The notes: a model not told the origin generated them from the sequence alone. A stretch of DNA of 64,000 nucleotides from an uncultured Acidobacteriota bacterium (GCA_963700145.1 OY969474.1:4352001-4416000), one strand, 5' to 3'. Shown: positions 10,692-20,829, counted from the stretch's first letter. Numbers and translations are program-made.

Positions 10692-11611
10692 CCGACCTTC
10701 GCCCCACCCGCCCCGAGGACCTGCCCTTGCTCTCCGCCCTCTTCGCGGAGCGCTTCGGCCACCCGCTGCCCGCCGACGAGTGGGCGTGGAAGTACCGCCA
10801 GCTCCCCGGCGAGGGCCGCAGCTGGGTCGCGCTGCGCGGCGGCACGGTGGTGGCTCACGCCGGCGCCCTCCGCCTTCCCGCGCGCTGGCGCGGCGGCGAG
10901 GGGGGCATCTGGCAGCTCGCCGACTTCGTGGGCGGCGTTGGCGCGAGCGCCCTGCGGCCGGCGCTGGTCGAGCTCGGCCAGGCGCTGCTCGCCGACCTGC
11001 CCGGAGAGGGCGACGCGCCCTGGATCTTCGGCTTCCCGAGCGAGCGCCACTTCCGGCTCGGCGAGCGGGTCTTCGGCTACCAGCCGCTGGCGGACTTCGA
11101 GGACCTGGCGGGGGAGCTGCCGGAGGACGCGGGGCCGCCCGCGGCGCTGCGCGACGTCAGCGACGTCTGCGGCCCGTGGGCGGAGGCGGTCTGGGAGCGC
11201 TGCGGCTTCGCGGGCGTGCGGCGCTCGGTCCCCTTCCTTCTCTGGCGCTACTGGGCGCGCCCGCGCCGCTACTACCGCTTCTACCGGCTCGCCGCCGGCA
11301 AGCTGGAAGGGCTCGCGGTCTTCGCCTTCGTGGAGGACGAGGCGTGGGCGGCCGAGGTCTGGCTGCCGCCCGGCGGCGACTGGCGCAACGCGCTCCTCGC
11401 CGCCGCCGCCGACCTGCGCGCCGCGGGCCTGCGCCGCTGGCGCTTCTGGCCGCCGCCAGCGCCGGAGCACGCGGCGCTGTACGAGTCGCTCGGCTTGCGC
11501 AAGGCGGGAGTGCGCCGCTTCGTCGGCTGCCGCGGCAAGCCGGGCGAGCTCGACCTGATCGCCGCGGCCGAGGGCTTCACTTATTCGATGGGCGACTATG
11601 ACCTGGTCTAG
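10688..11611 (+). CDS. GNAT family acyltransferase
   Basis: MTDLRPTRPED..., WAWKY, VVAHAG, IFGFP, WRY, ends MGDYDLV; ATGA overlap. Confidence 0.7.
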   Translation: MTDLRPTRPEDLPLLSALFAERFGHPLPADEWAWKYRQLPGEGRSWVALRGGTVVAHAGALRLPARWRGGEGGIWQLADFVGGVGASALRPALVELGQALLADLPGEGDAPWIFGFPSERHFRLGERVFGYQPLADFEDLAGELPEDAGPPAALRDVSDVCGPWAEAVWERCGFAGVRRSVPFLLWRYWARPRRYYRFYRLAAGKLEGLAVFAFVEDEAWAAEVWLPPGGDWRNALLAAAADLRAAGLRRWRFWPPPAPEHAALYESLGLRKAGVRRFVGCRGKPGELDLIAAAEGFTYSMGDYDLV

Positions 11612-13856
11612 GCGCGTAGCGGCGCTCTGCGTCCTCCTCGCCGCGGCGTTCTTCGCCGCCTGCGGCGGCGCCGAGTCGGAAGGCTTCCTGCTCCCGGCGG
11701 ACCTCGGCGCCGAAAGCTTCTCCTTCCCCAGCCCGCAGCGCCGGGCCGAGATCGAGATCGACCAGGAGCGCCGCCCCGCCCTGCTCACGCCGCCGTCCGG
11801 CTTCCGCTGGCGCGGGCGGGTGCCGGAGGGGGCGCGCCTGGTGGCCGGCTACGGCGTGCCCCCGGCCGCCTGGCGCCGCGGCGCCGGCCTCGAAGTGCTG
11901 GTGGAGATCGACGACGGCTCCGGGCGCGAGCTGGTCGAGGTGGCGCGCAGCGCCGGCGGCCTGCCGCAGCGCTGGTCGGCGCTCACCGCCGACCTCTCGC
12001 GCTGGGGGGGGCGCGAGGCGACGCTGGCGGTGCGCGCCCGCTGGACCGGCCGGCGGCGCGGCGGCGGCGAGGGCCTGATCGCCTGGGCGCCGGTGGCGCT
12101 CACCGCCGCGCCGCGCCGGGCGCCGGCGCATCCCAACGTCGTCCTCATCCTGATCGACACCCTGCGCCGCGACCGCCTCACCCCCTACGGCTACCGCCGC
12201 GACACCTCGCCCGAGATCCAGCGCCGCCTCGCCGCCCGCGGCACGGTGGTGGAGGAGGCCTACGCCCAGGCGCCGTGGACCCTGCCGTCGCTGATGGCGG
12301 TGATGGCCGGGCGCTATCCCGGCGAGATGGTGCGCGAGGACCGCCCCGGCTTCGCCTTCTCGCTGCCGGCCGGCATCCCGACGCTCGCCGAGCGGCTGCG
12401 CGGGCTCGGCTACCGCACCGCCGGCTTCTACGCCAACCCCACCCTCCACGCCGGCAACGGCTTCGCGCGCGGCTTCGAGACCTTCTACACGCCGCCGCCG
12501 ACCCTGGAGTCGATGCGGCGCCACGCCGACGACGTCACCGGCCGCGCCCTCCCCTGGCTCGCCGCCCACCGCGATCGGCCGTTCTTCCTCTACGTCCACT
12601 ACATCGACCCGCACGACCCCTACGACAACCCGGACGTGGTGGGCGGGCGCTCGCCCTTCGACCCCGGCTACTCCGGCGTCGTCGGCGGCGACTGGATCCA
12701 CGGCTTCTACACCGGGCAGCTCCGGCTCCCGGACCCGGCGCGCGACCTCGTCCACATCAACGCCCTGTACGACAGCGAGGTCCGCTACGTAGACCGCTTC
12801 GTCGGGCGCTTGCTGGAAGGCCTCGGACCGGCGCTCGGCGAGACCCTCGTCGTTCTCACCGCCGACCACGGCGAGGAGCTGCTCGACCACGGCGGCTGGA
12901 AGCACGGGCAGACCCTCTATGACGAGCAGATCCGCGTGCCGCTGATCGTGCGCTGGGACGGCCGCGTGCCGGCGGGCAAGCGGCTGCGCGGCACGGTGCG
13001 CCTCCTCGACCTGCTGCCGACGCTCGTCGGCGCCGCCGGCGGGAAAGTGGAACGGGAAAGCGACGGCGTGGACCTGCTGCCAGCCCTGACCGGCCGCGGC
13101 CGGCTGCCGCGCCGTCCGGCCTTCGCCCAGCACCTGTCGAGCGGCCCGTGGCGCGCGGCGGCGGTGCTGGAGGGCGAGAAGGCGATCTTCTTCAACGCCG
13201 CCCAGCCCTTCGCGCCCGCCGACGACGTGCAAGCCCACTTCTGGCGCATGGACCTCGCCCGCTTCGACCGCGCCGAGCTCTACGACCTGGCGCGCGATCC
13301 GAAGGAGCGGGGCAACCTCGCCGCCGCCCAACCGGCGCGGGTCGCCGCGCTGGCGCCGGTCGTCCATCGCCAGCTCGTCCATCAGACCGCGGGCGTGTGG
13401 CTCTGGCTGCCGGCGGCCGGCGCCCTCCCGGCCGGCGCGCGCCTCGGTGGTAGCATTCGCTTCGAGCGCCCCCCCGAGGGCTGGGCCCCCTACCTCCTGG
13501 CGCCGCAGGACCGGGTGGAGATCGCGGGCGACACGCTCCGCTTCGACCTCGCTGTGGAAAGCCTCGCCAAAGGACTGCTGGTGCGCGGCACGCCCGGCGG
13601 CCTGCGTGCCGCCACGCTGGCGCTCGCCGGCCGGCCGTTGCCGCCGGCGCGGCTCCACCTCGGCCCCGGACGCCCCTGGCGCGGCGGCCCGGCGCCGGCC
13701 GCCGCGCTCGATGCGGCCGGCTGGCCGCCCGGCGACGCGCCCGGCGCCGGCGGCGCGGCGCTCCACCTCTGGCGCTCCCGCGGCGCGCAGGCCCCGCGCG
13801 GCGCCCACGACCCGGAGACCGAGCGCCGGCTGCGCGCCCTGGGCTACATCCAATGA
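11598..13856 (+). CDS. Exported sulfatase-like (alkaline phosphatase superfamily) hydrolase/transferase, probable lipoprotein
   Basis: Lipobox-like FFAAC; PNVVLILIDTLRRD, APWTLPS, HYIDPHDPY, TADHGEE, HGQTLYDE, ELYDL, ends LRALGYIQ. Confidence 0.8.
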   Translation: MTWSRRVAALCVLLAAAFFAACGGAESEGFLLPADLGAESFSFPSPQRRAEIEIDQERRPALLTPPSGFRWRGRVPEGARLVAGYGVPPAAWRRGAGLEVLVEIDDGSGRELVEVARSAGGLPQRWSALTADLSRWGGREATLAVRARWTGRRRGGGEGLIAWAPVALTAAPRRAPAHPNVVLILIDTLRRDRLTPYGYRRDTSPEIQRRLAARGTVVEEAYAQAPWTLPSLMAVMAGRYPGEMVREDRPGFAFSLPAGIPTLAERLRGLGYRTAGFYANPTLHAGNGFARGFETFYTPPPTLESMRRHADDVTGRALPWLAAHRDRPFFLYVHYIDPHDPYDNPDVVGGRSPFDPGYSGVVGGDWIHGFYTGQLRLPDPARDLVHINALYDSEVRYVDRFVGRLLEGLGPALGETLVVLTADHGEELLDHGGWKHGQTLYDEQIRVPLIVRWDGRVPAGKRLRGTVRLLDLLPTLVGAAGGKVERESDGVDLLPALTGRGRLPRRPAFAQHLSSGPWRAAAVLEGEKAIFFNAAQPFAPADDVQAHFWRMDLARFDRAELYDLARDPKERGNLAAAQPARVAALAPVVHRQLVHQTAGVWLWLPAAGALPAGARLGGSIRFERPPEGWAPYLLAPQDRVEIAGDTLRFDLAVESLAKGLLVRGTPGGLRAATLALAGRPLPPARLHLGPGRPWRGGPAPAAALDAAGWPPGDAPGAGGAALHLWRSRGAQAPRGAHDPETERRLRALGYIQ

Positions 13857-15748
13857 GCGAGAGCCTCCTCCTGCCCCCCGGCCGGACCGAGCGCGTCGCC
13901 GCCCGGAGCGCGCTGATCCTGGCGCCCCATTACGACGACGAGGTGCTCGGCTGCGGCGGCCTCGTGGCGCAGCTCACCGCGGCGGGGGCGGTGGTGCGCG
14001 TCCTCTTCCTGACCGACGGCGGCGGCGGCAGCCAGGCGGCGGCGGAGCGCGAGAAGTACCGGCGGCGCCGGCGGGAGGAGGCTGCCTGCGCCTGTCGCAT
14101 CCTCGGGCTCGCCGGCTGCGACGACCTCGGGCTCCCCGACGGCGAGCTCCACTTGCGGCTGGAGGAGGCCGAGCGCGGCATTCGCCGGGCGCTCCTGACC
14201 CAGCGTCCCGAGCTCCTCCTCGCCCCCTCGCCGCTGGAGGTCACCGCCGACCACCGCGCCGCCTTCGCCGCCCTCCACCGGGTGCTGGCGCCGCTGCGCG
14301 ACGGCGAGCTGGGCGAGCCGCGGGTCCTCCTCTACGAGGTCAACCACCCCGCCTACCCCGACCTCCTGGTCGACGTCACCGCCGAGGAGGGGAAGCTGGC
14401 GGAGGCGATGGGCTGCTACGCCAGCCAGCAGGAGCGGCACGACTACCTGGCCGCCGCGCTCGGGCTCCGCCGTTACCGCACGCTCACCCTCGGGCCCGAG
14501 GTCCGGCTCGCCGAGGGCTACCGCCGCCTCGCGCTGGCTGACTTCACGACTCGCAGCCAGGCGCAGCTCGTGCGCCACCTCGGCGGCTTGCCGGAGCTCC
14601 TGGAGGTGCGCGAGGGGCCGCGCCTCTCGGTCGTGGTGCGGACCAAGGACCGGCCTGCGCTCCTCGCGGAAGCTCTGGCCAGCCTCGCCGCCAGCCCGTA
14701 TCGCCGCACCGAGGTGGTGCTGGTCAACGACGGCGGCGCCGCGCCGGAGCTGCCGGGCGACTTTCCGCACCCGGTCCTGCGCGTCGATCTGGCGGCGAGC
14801 CGCGGGCGCGCCGCGGCGGCCGAGGCCGGGGTCGCGGCGGCGACCGGCGACTTCGTCACCTTCCTCGACGACGACGACCTCGCCGCCCCCGAGCATCTGC
14901 CGAGCCTGGCCGCCCTGGCGGGCGCGCCCGGCGTGCGCGTCGCCTACACCGACGCCGCGGTCGCGGTCTACGAGCTGGGCCCGGAAGGCTGGCGCTGCGC
15001 CGAGCGCCGCCTCCCCTACAGCCGCGACTTCGATCCCGACCTCCTGCTGCTCGACAACTACATCCCGTTCAACACCGTCGCCATCGAGCGCGCGCTCTTC
15101 GCCGAGGTCGGCCCCTTCGACGCCGAGCTGCCGTTCTTCGAGGACTGGGACTTCCTGATCCGCCTCGCAGCGCTCGCCCCCTTCCACCACCTGGCGCGCG
15201 TCACCTGCGAGTACCGCCACTTCCGCGGCGGCGGCCACCAGGTCTTCGGCGAGCGGCCGCGCGAGCGCCCCGACTTCCTGGCGGTCAAGGCGCGGGTGCT
15301 GGCCAAGCACGCTGCCCGCCTCACTCCGGAGAGGCTGGCGCGCGCGGTGGACACCCTGCGCTTCGAGCGGGTGGCGGCGCTCGAGGACGCCGGCAAGCTG
15401 GAGCGCGAGCTGGGCACGACGCGCGAGGAGCTGTGGGCGCGCAACGGCGAGGTGGCGGCGGTGCGCGAGGGGTACGACCTCCTGGCCGCCGAACGGGGCG
15501 CGCTGGAGGACCGCTACTGGGCCCTCAACGGCGAGCTCGAAGCGCTGCGGGCGGAGCACGGGCAGGTGACCGTCGAGACGCAGCGGCTGTACGACGTCGT
15601 CGAAGACCAGACCGGGCACCTCGGCCGCACCTACGCCGAGATCGAGCGCTTGAACGGGGAGCTGTCCCGCACCGGCGCGCGCCTGCGGGAAGTGGAAGGG
15701 ATGCTGCCCGTGCGCCTCCGGTCCTGGTGGGTCCGCCGCTTCTCATGA
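13853..15748 (+). CDS. PIG-L/LmbE deacetylase - GT2 - coiled-coil fusion protein
   Basis: APHYDDEVLGCGG, ADH; then SVVVRTKDR, VNDGG, FLDDDD, EDWDFLIR; heptad-rich C-terminal segment. Confidence 0.85.
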   Translation: MSESLLLPPGRTERVAARSALILAPHYDDEVLGCGGLVAQLTAAGAVVRVLFLTDGGGGSQAAAEREKYRRRRREEAACACRILGLAGCDDLGLPDGELHLRLEEAERGIRRALLTQRPELLLAPSPLEVTADHRAAFAALHRVLAPLRDGELGEPRVLLYEVNHPAYPDLLVDVTAEEGKLAEAMGCYASQQERHDYLAAALGLRRYRTLTLGPEVRLAEGYRRLALADFTTRSQAQLVRHLGGLPELLEVREGPRLSVVVRTKDRPALLAEALASLAASPYRRTEVVLVNDGGAAPELPGDFPHPVLRVDLAASRGRAAAAEAGVAAATGDFVTFLDDDDLAAPEHLPSLAALAGAPGVRVAYTDAAVAVYELGPEGWRCAERRLPYSRDFDPDLLLLDNYIPFNTVAIERALFAEVGPFDAELPFFEDWDFLIRLAALAPFHHLARVTCEYRHFRGGGHQVFGERPRERPDFLAVKARVLAKHAARLTPERLARAVDTLRFERVAALEDAGKLERELGTTREELWARNGEVAAVREGYDLLAAERGALEDRYWALNGELEALRAEHGQVTVETQRLYDVVEDQTGHLGRTYAEIERLNGELSRTGARLREVEGMLPVRLRSWWVRRFS

Positions 15749-17019
15749 CCTCGATCGCCCTGGTCTCGTCCGAGCCCATCCGGCCGCGGATGGCGGGGAT
15801 CGGCATCCGCTACCTGGAGCTGGCGCGGCGGCTGCCGGCGTACGGCTTCGAGGTCCTCCTCCTCTCGCCCGCCGATCCCGCCGAGGCCGCGACGTTGGGC
15901 CTCGAGGGCACCCGTGCCGCCCGCTTCGAGCCCGGCCGCGCCGCCGCTCTCCTCGCCGGCCGCGACGCCGTGGTGGCGCAGGGGCAGCTCGCCAACGACG
16001 TCCTCCTCGAGTGCTCCGAGCTGCCGGCGGCGATCGACCTCTACGACCCCTGGCTGATCGAGAACCTCGCCTACGCGCCGGAGCTGGGCTTCGAGCCCTT
16101 CCGCAACGACCACGCCACCTGGTCGCTGCAGCTCGGGCGCGGCGACTTCTTCCTCTGCTCCTCGGAGGAGCAGCGGAGCTACTACCTCGGCTTCCTGACC
16201 GCGCTCGGCCGCGTCAACCCCGAGGCGGTGGCGGGCGACCCCGACCTCGAGCGGCTGATCGCGCCGGTCCCCTTCGGCATCCCCGAGGAGCTGCCGCCGC
16301 ACCGGCCGCTGCTGCCGCCGCGCGCGGCGGGGGAGCGGCGCCTCCTCTTCGGCGGCCTCTACGACTGGTACGACCCCTGGACGCTGCTCGACGCGCTCGC
16401 GCGCCTCGACCGCCCGGAGTGGACGCTCTACCTCGTCCGCAACCCCAACCCGGAGAGCACGCCGCAGCGCCTGATGGGCGAGGTCGAGAAGCGTTGCCGC
16501 GCGCGCGGCTGGTGGGGGACGCGGGTGCGGGCGCTCGACTGGGTTGCCGCCGACCGCCGCTTCGACCTGCTGCGCGACGTGGACGTCCTGGCGGCGCCGC
16601 ACCGGCCGAGCCTCGAGACGCGGCTGTCGCTGCGCACCCGCTTCCTCGACGCCCTCGCCGCCGGCTGCCCGGTGGTGACCAGCGAAGGCGGCGCGATGAG
16701 CCGCCTGCTCGCCGAGCACCGGGCGGGGTGGATCGCGCCGCCCGGCGACGCCGCGGCGCTCGCGCGGTGTCTCGAGGAGGCGCTGGGCGGCGGCGAGGAG
16801 GCCGCGGCGCGCCGGCGCGGCGCCGCGCGGCTCGCCGCCGAGCTCGGCTGGGAGCGGGCGCTGGCACCGCTCGTCCGCTTCTGCCGCGCGCCGCGCGTCG
16901 ATCCGACGAAGGAGCGCTTCGCCTGGCGCCCGCCGACCGTGGCGCCGCCGGACCCGCTGCCGCTGCGCGTCCGCCGCGGGCTGCGCCGCCGGCTGCGCGC
17001 GGTCACGGGTCGGGCGTGA
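15745..17019 (+). CDS. Glycosyltransferase family 4
   Basis: MAGIGIRYLELA, DLYDP, GGLYDWYDP, ETRLSLRTRFLDALAAGCPVV; ATGA overlap. Confidence 0.8.
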   Translation: MTSIALVSSEPIRPRMAGIGIRYLELARRLPAYGFEVLLLSPADPAEAATLGLEGTRAARFEPGRAAALLAGRDAVVAQGQLANDVLLECSELPAAIDLYDPWLIENLAYAPELGFEPFRNDHATWSLQLGRGDFFLCSSEEQRSYYLGFLTALGRVNPEAVAGDPDLERLIAPVPFGIPEELPPHRPLLPPRAAGERRLLFGGLYDWYDPWTLLDALARLDRPEWTLYLVRNPNPESTPQRLMGEVEKRCRARGWWGTRVRALDWVAADRRFDLLRDVDVLAAPHRPSLETRLSLRTRFLDALAAGCPVVTSEGGAMSRLLAEHRAGWIAPPGDAAALARCLEEALGGGEEAAARRRGAARLAAELGWERALAPLVRFCRAPRVDPTKERFAWRPPTVAPPDPLPLRVRRGLRRRLRAVTGRA

Positions 17020-18344
17020 GCGCCGGCGCGACGCCGCGGCGCCTCTCGGTCGCCGTCGTCTCCTGGAACGGCCTCGAGCACCTCAAGACCTGCCTCGCGG
17101 CGCTCGCCGGGCAGGAGGACCCGGGGCTGCCCTGGGAGCTGCTGCTCCTCGACAACGGCTCGCGCGACGGCACCGCCGCCTGGGTGCGCGCCCGTCACCC
17201 GGCGGTGCGCCTGATCGAGAGCCCGGTCAACCTCGGCTTCTGTGCCGGCAACAACCGGCTGGTCGAAGCGGCCACCGGCGACGCCGTCGCCTTCCTCAAC
17301 AACGACACCCGCCCCGAGCCGGGGTGGCTGCACGGGCTGACCGAGGCGTTGCGCGAGGCGCCGCCGGACGTGGCCGCAGTCTCGGGCCAGATCGTCGATT
17401 GGGACGCCGAGCGGCTGGACTTCGCGCGCGGCGTCATGACCTTCGACGGCCACGCCTTCCAGCTCGACTTCCGCCGTCCGCTCGCCGCCGCCCGCGTCCC
17501 CGCCGCCGGCGCCGAGCTCCCCTTCGCCTGCGGCGGCAACATGCTGGTGCGGCGCGCTTCGTTCCTCGCCGCCGGCGGCTTCGACCCCGACTACTTCGCC
17601 TACCTCGAGGACGTGGACCTCGGCTGGCGGCTCTGGGCCGGCGGCGAGCGGGTGACCTTCGCGCCGGCGGCGGTGGTGCGCCACCGCTCGAGCGCCACGA
17701 GCGACCTCCTCGGCCTCTTCAACCGCGGCTTCCTCTTCGAGCGCAACGCCTTCCTCACCGCCTGCAAGAACTACGAGGAGGGGCTTTGGCAGAAGGTGAT
17801 GCCGGCGGTGCTGATGACGCTGCTCGCACGCACCCAGGCGCTCCTCGCCGAGAACAACCCGGGCGGCGACTCGCTGCGCGTCGATCCCTACGCCGGCTGG
17901 ATCGCCGACACGGCGCCGGCGTGCGATGTGCCCGCCGGCGAAGACGCGCCGCGGCTCACCCCGGGCCGCATCGCCGACCGCCTCGCCGAGCTGGGGCCGC
18001 GCGAGGCGCTGCGCCGCGCCTGGAAGAAGCTCGCGGCCGCCGCGCGCGGGCGCGAGGAGGAGCCGTCCGCTCCGACCCTCACCGACGAGCGGACGGTGGC
18101 GCAGCTGCGCGCCGTCAATTACCTCGTCGGCCACCTCGACGCCGCGGCGGCGAAGCGGCGCGCGGTGCAGGCCCGCCGCCGCCGCTCCGACCGCGAGTAC
18201 TTCGAGCGCTTCCCCGCCTACCTGGTGCCCACCTACCCCGGCGACGAGCACCTCTTCGCCCGCCCCGGCTTCCGCGCCTGGCTGCCGCCCGAGCTGCCGC
18301 TGGTCGAGGCGCGGCTGGAGGAGGTGATGGAGCGGGAGGGGTGA
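17016..18344 (+). CDS. Glycosyltransferase family 2
   Basis: VVSWNG, LLDNGSRDG, NLGFCAGNN, FLNND, FAYLEDVDLGWR; GTGA overlap. Confidence 0.85.
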   Translation: MSAGATPRRLSVAVVSWNGLEHLKTCLAALAGQEDPGLPWELLLLDNGSRDGTAAWVRARHPAVRLIESPVNLGFCAGNNRLVEAATGDAVAFLNNDTRPEPGWLHGLTEALREAPPDVAAVSGQIVDWDAERLDFARGVMTFDGHAFQLDFRRPLAAARVPAAGAELPFACGGNMLVRRASFLAAGGFDPDYFAYLEDVDLGWRLWAGGERVTFAPAAVVRHRSSATSDLLGLFNRGFLFERNAFLTACKNYEEGLWQKVMPAVLMTLLARTQALLAENNPGGDSLRVDPYAGWIADTAPACDVPAGEDAPRLTPGRIADRLAELGPREALRRAWKKLAAAARGREEEPSAPTLTDERTVAQLRAVNYLVGHLDAAAAKRRAVQARRRRSDREYFERFPAYLVPTYPGDEHLFARPGFRAWLPPELPLVEARLEEVMEREG

Positions 18345-20203
18345 AGAGGAGCGCCGTCCTCGCGCTTCTCGCGGGTGCCCTCGGCGCCCAGGCCGGTTGC
18401 CGCGGCGAAGACGTCGCCTGGCAGCGCCACGGGATCTGCGAGCACCTCCGCGAGGCGCGCGTGACCGGCAAGGCCGCCCGCCCCGCGTGCACGACGTCCT
18501 GGCTCGGAGCGCGCGAGGTGCGCGACCCGCAGGTGCTGGCCACCCGCCCGCAGCGCGCCGTCGAGCGTCTCTCGGCCGGCGAGGTGCGGGCGCTGGCGCA
18601 GGCGGCGGGGTCCCGGGTCGCGCTGCGCGTCGCGCTCGGCGCCCAGCCCTACCTGAGCTTCGTGCCGCTGCGCGCGGAAGGCACTCCGTACTTCCGCTTC
18701 CGCGTGTCGGTGCGCCGGGAGGGGGAGCGGGCCGAGGTCGTCCACGCCGCCCCGGCGCCGCCGCCCGGCGGTCCGGCGCCGCCCGCGGTCGCGGTGGACC
18801 TCGGCCGCTGGGCGGGCGAGGAGGTGGAGCTGCTGCTCGACGTCGGCGCCCCCGGCGGCGCGGCGTCCGGCGCGCGGGCGCTTTGGGGGAGCCCGGCGGT
18901 CTACTCGCGCCGCGGCCCGCCGTCGCGCCCGAGCTCCCGCGCGGCGGAGAGGCCCAGCGTCCTTCTCCTGGGGATCGACACGCTGCGCGCCGACGCCCTC
19001 GGCGCCTACGGGCGGAAGCCCTCGGTGACGCCGGCGCTGGACCGCCTGGCGGCTGAGAGCGACCTCTTCCTCGACGCCTTCTCCTGCTTCAACGTCACCA
19101 ACCCGAGCTTCGCCTCGCTGCTGACCGGTCTCTACGGCAAGCACCACGGCGTCTACGACTTCGACACCGCGCTGCCGGCGGCACATACGACGCTGGCCGA
19201 GGTCTTCGCCGCCGCCGGCTACCGCACCGGCGCGGTGGTCTCGATCGACCACCTCGCGCCGCGCCGCTCCGGCCTCGGCCAGGGGTTCGCGGCGGTCGAG
19301 GCGACGCGCGGGCAGTTCGCCGCCGAGCGGGGGGTGGACTGGGCGATGGACTGGCTCGCGACGCCCGCGGCGTCCGGCGAGGCGGCGCGCCCCTTCTTCC
19401 TCTGGCTCCACCTCTTCGACCCACACACGCCGCACACGCCGCCGGCGCCGTTCGCCGTCGGGCGGCGCGCCGCGGCGCCGAGCGGGCTGGCGCCGCCGGC
19501 GGGCTGGACGCCCTTTCGCCCGCTCGGCCCGCGCGCCTTCCGCAACGGCGTCCTCGGCGGCCACCCCGACCTCTACGCTGGCGAGGTGGCGTATCTCGAC
19601 CGCCAGGTCGACCGCCTGCTCGGCTTCCTCGAAAGCCGCGGGTTGCTGGAGACGACGATCGTCGCCTTCGTCTCGGACCACGGCGAGAACCTGGAGGAGC
19701 ACGGCATCGAGTACCGGCACGCCGGCCTCTGGGACTCGACGACGCACGTGCCGCTCTTCGTCCGCTGGCCGGGGGCGGACGGAAGGGGGCGGCGGGTGTC
19801 GGGGCTGGTGCAGAACGTGGACCTCTTCCCGACGTTGCTGGCCGCCGCCAAGTTGGAGGTGCCGCCGCAGGACGGCATCGATTTGCGGCGGCTCGCCGGG
19901 CGCGGGCGGCGCGCCGTCTTCGCGGAGCACACGGGGCGTCTCGGGGCGATGGTGCGGACGCGGGAGCACAAGTACTGGGTCTCGCGCGGTAACCGCTTCG
20001 TAGCGGACGGGACGTACCTCTACGACCTCCGCCGCGACCCCCGTGAGCTCACCAACCTCGCCGGCCGCAACCTCCCCGTGGAGCGCCCCCTCGCTGCGCT
20101 GCTGGACCGCTGGCTCAAACAGCGTCGCAAAACGCCTGGGTCCACCCCTCGCGACCTCGCCCCCGAAGAGCGCGAACGACTGAAGGCTCTGGGGTACATC
20201 TAA
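18341..20203 (+). CDS. Exported sulfatase-like hydrolase/transferase, probable lipoprotein
   Basis: Signal ending AQAGC; IDTLRAD, NVTNPSFASLLTG, HLFDPHTPH, SDHGE, YLYDL, ends LKALGYI. Confidence 0.8.
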   Translation: MKRSAVLALLAGALGAQAGCRGEDVAWQRHGICEHLREARVTGKAARPACTTSWLGAREVRDPQVLATRPQRAVERLSAGEVRALAQAAGSRVALRVALGAQPYLSFVPLRAEGTPYFRFRVSVRREGERAEVVHAAPAPPPGGPAPPAVAVDLGRWAGEEVELLLDVGAPGGAASGARALWGSPAVYSRRGPPSRPSSRAAERPSVLLLGIDTLRADALGAYGRKPSVTPALDRLAAESDLFLDAFSCFNVTNPSFASLLTGLYGKHHGVYDFDTALPAAHTTLAEVFAAAGYRTGAVVSIDHLAPRRSGLGQGFAAVEATRGQFAAERGVDWAMDWLATPAASGEAARPFFLWLHLFDPHTPHTPPAPFAVGRRAAAPSGLAPPAGWTPFRPLGPRAFRNGVLGGHPDLYAGEVAYLDRQVDRLLGFLESRGLLETTIVAFVSDHGENLEEHGIEYRHAGLWDSTTHVPLFVRWPGADGRGRRVSGLVQNVDLFPTLLAAAKLEVPPQDGIDLRRLAGRGRRAVFAEHTGRLGAMVRTREHKYWVSRGNRFVADGTYLYDLRRDPRELTNLAGRNLPVERPLAALLDRWLKQRRKTPGSTPRDLAPEERERLKALGYI

Positions 20204-20456
20204 GATTCCCGCGCGGGACGGATAGTGCCGCGTGAGATGCCGGGCCACCCGGCCCGCGAAGAGGCGCGCCCGCTTCGCGGGTTCCTGGTTGGAAGAGGAA
20301 GTGGCGGATGAGTCAGGTCGGCTTCGTTCGCGTACGGCGGTGGCTCCCTCACCCGAACGCACCGCTTCGCGGGCCTCTGGCCCGGCACATCACGCGGCGC
20401 CATGACTCGGAACTCTGAAGTGACGTCGCCCCCGCCCACAAGCAACGACGCCTCCT

Positions 20457-20562
20457 TGTCATCCTGAGCGAGAGCGAAGGATCTGGGCGGGGGGCGGCGC
20501 GATGCTGGTGGGTTGTACCGCCACCCTGCCCCCCAGATCCCTCGCTCACGCTCGGGATGACA
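20457..20562. repeat. REP-like long palindromic element
   Basis: 31-bp inverted arms TGTCATCCTGAGCGAGAGCGAAGGATCTGGG / CCCAGATCCCTCGCTCACGCTCGGGATGACA with 3 mismatches, around a GC-rich spacer, in an intergenic region. Confidence 0.8.
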
Positions 20563-20829
20563 TAGGCAGGGGCTCCACCGCCGGTTCTAGGGCCCGCAGG
20601 TCTCTGGAGCGCCGGGCGGTCCGTCCGCTCCCCATGGCAGGCCACCGTGCGAGGCGACGAAGGCAAGAACGTGTTTGCCAGCAAGGAGCCCCTGTACCAG
20701 CACGCGAAGCGCGGACACAAAGGAGCGCCCGGCGCGGAGGAGAGCCTTCGGGACCCAACACCGGAACGATCGCAGCAAATAGGGGTGGGGGGAAGTTGGG
20801 CGCAGCGAGAGGTATAAGCTTCAGGGACC

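Noticed and set aside
20349-20829. ORFs spanning the 20.2-20.8 kb gap
   Set aside because: They have no recognisable motifs, atypical codon usage, and run through the palindromic repeat.
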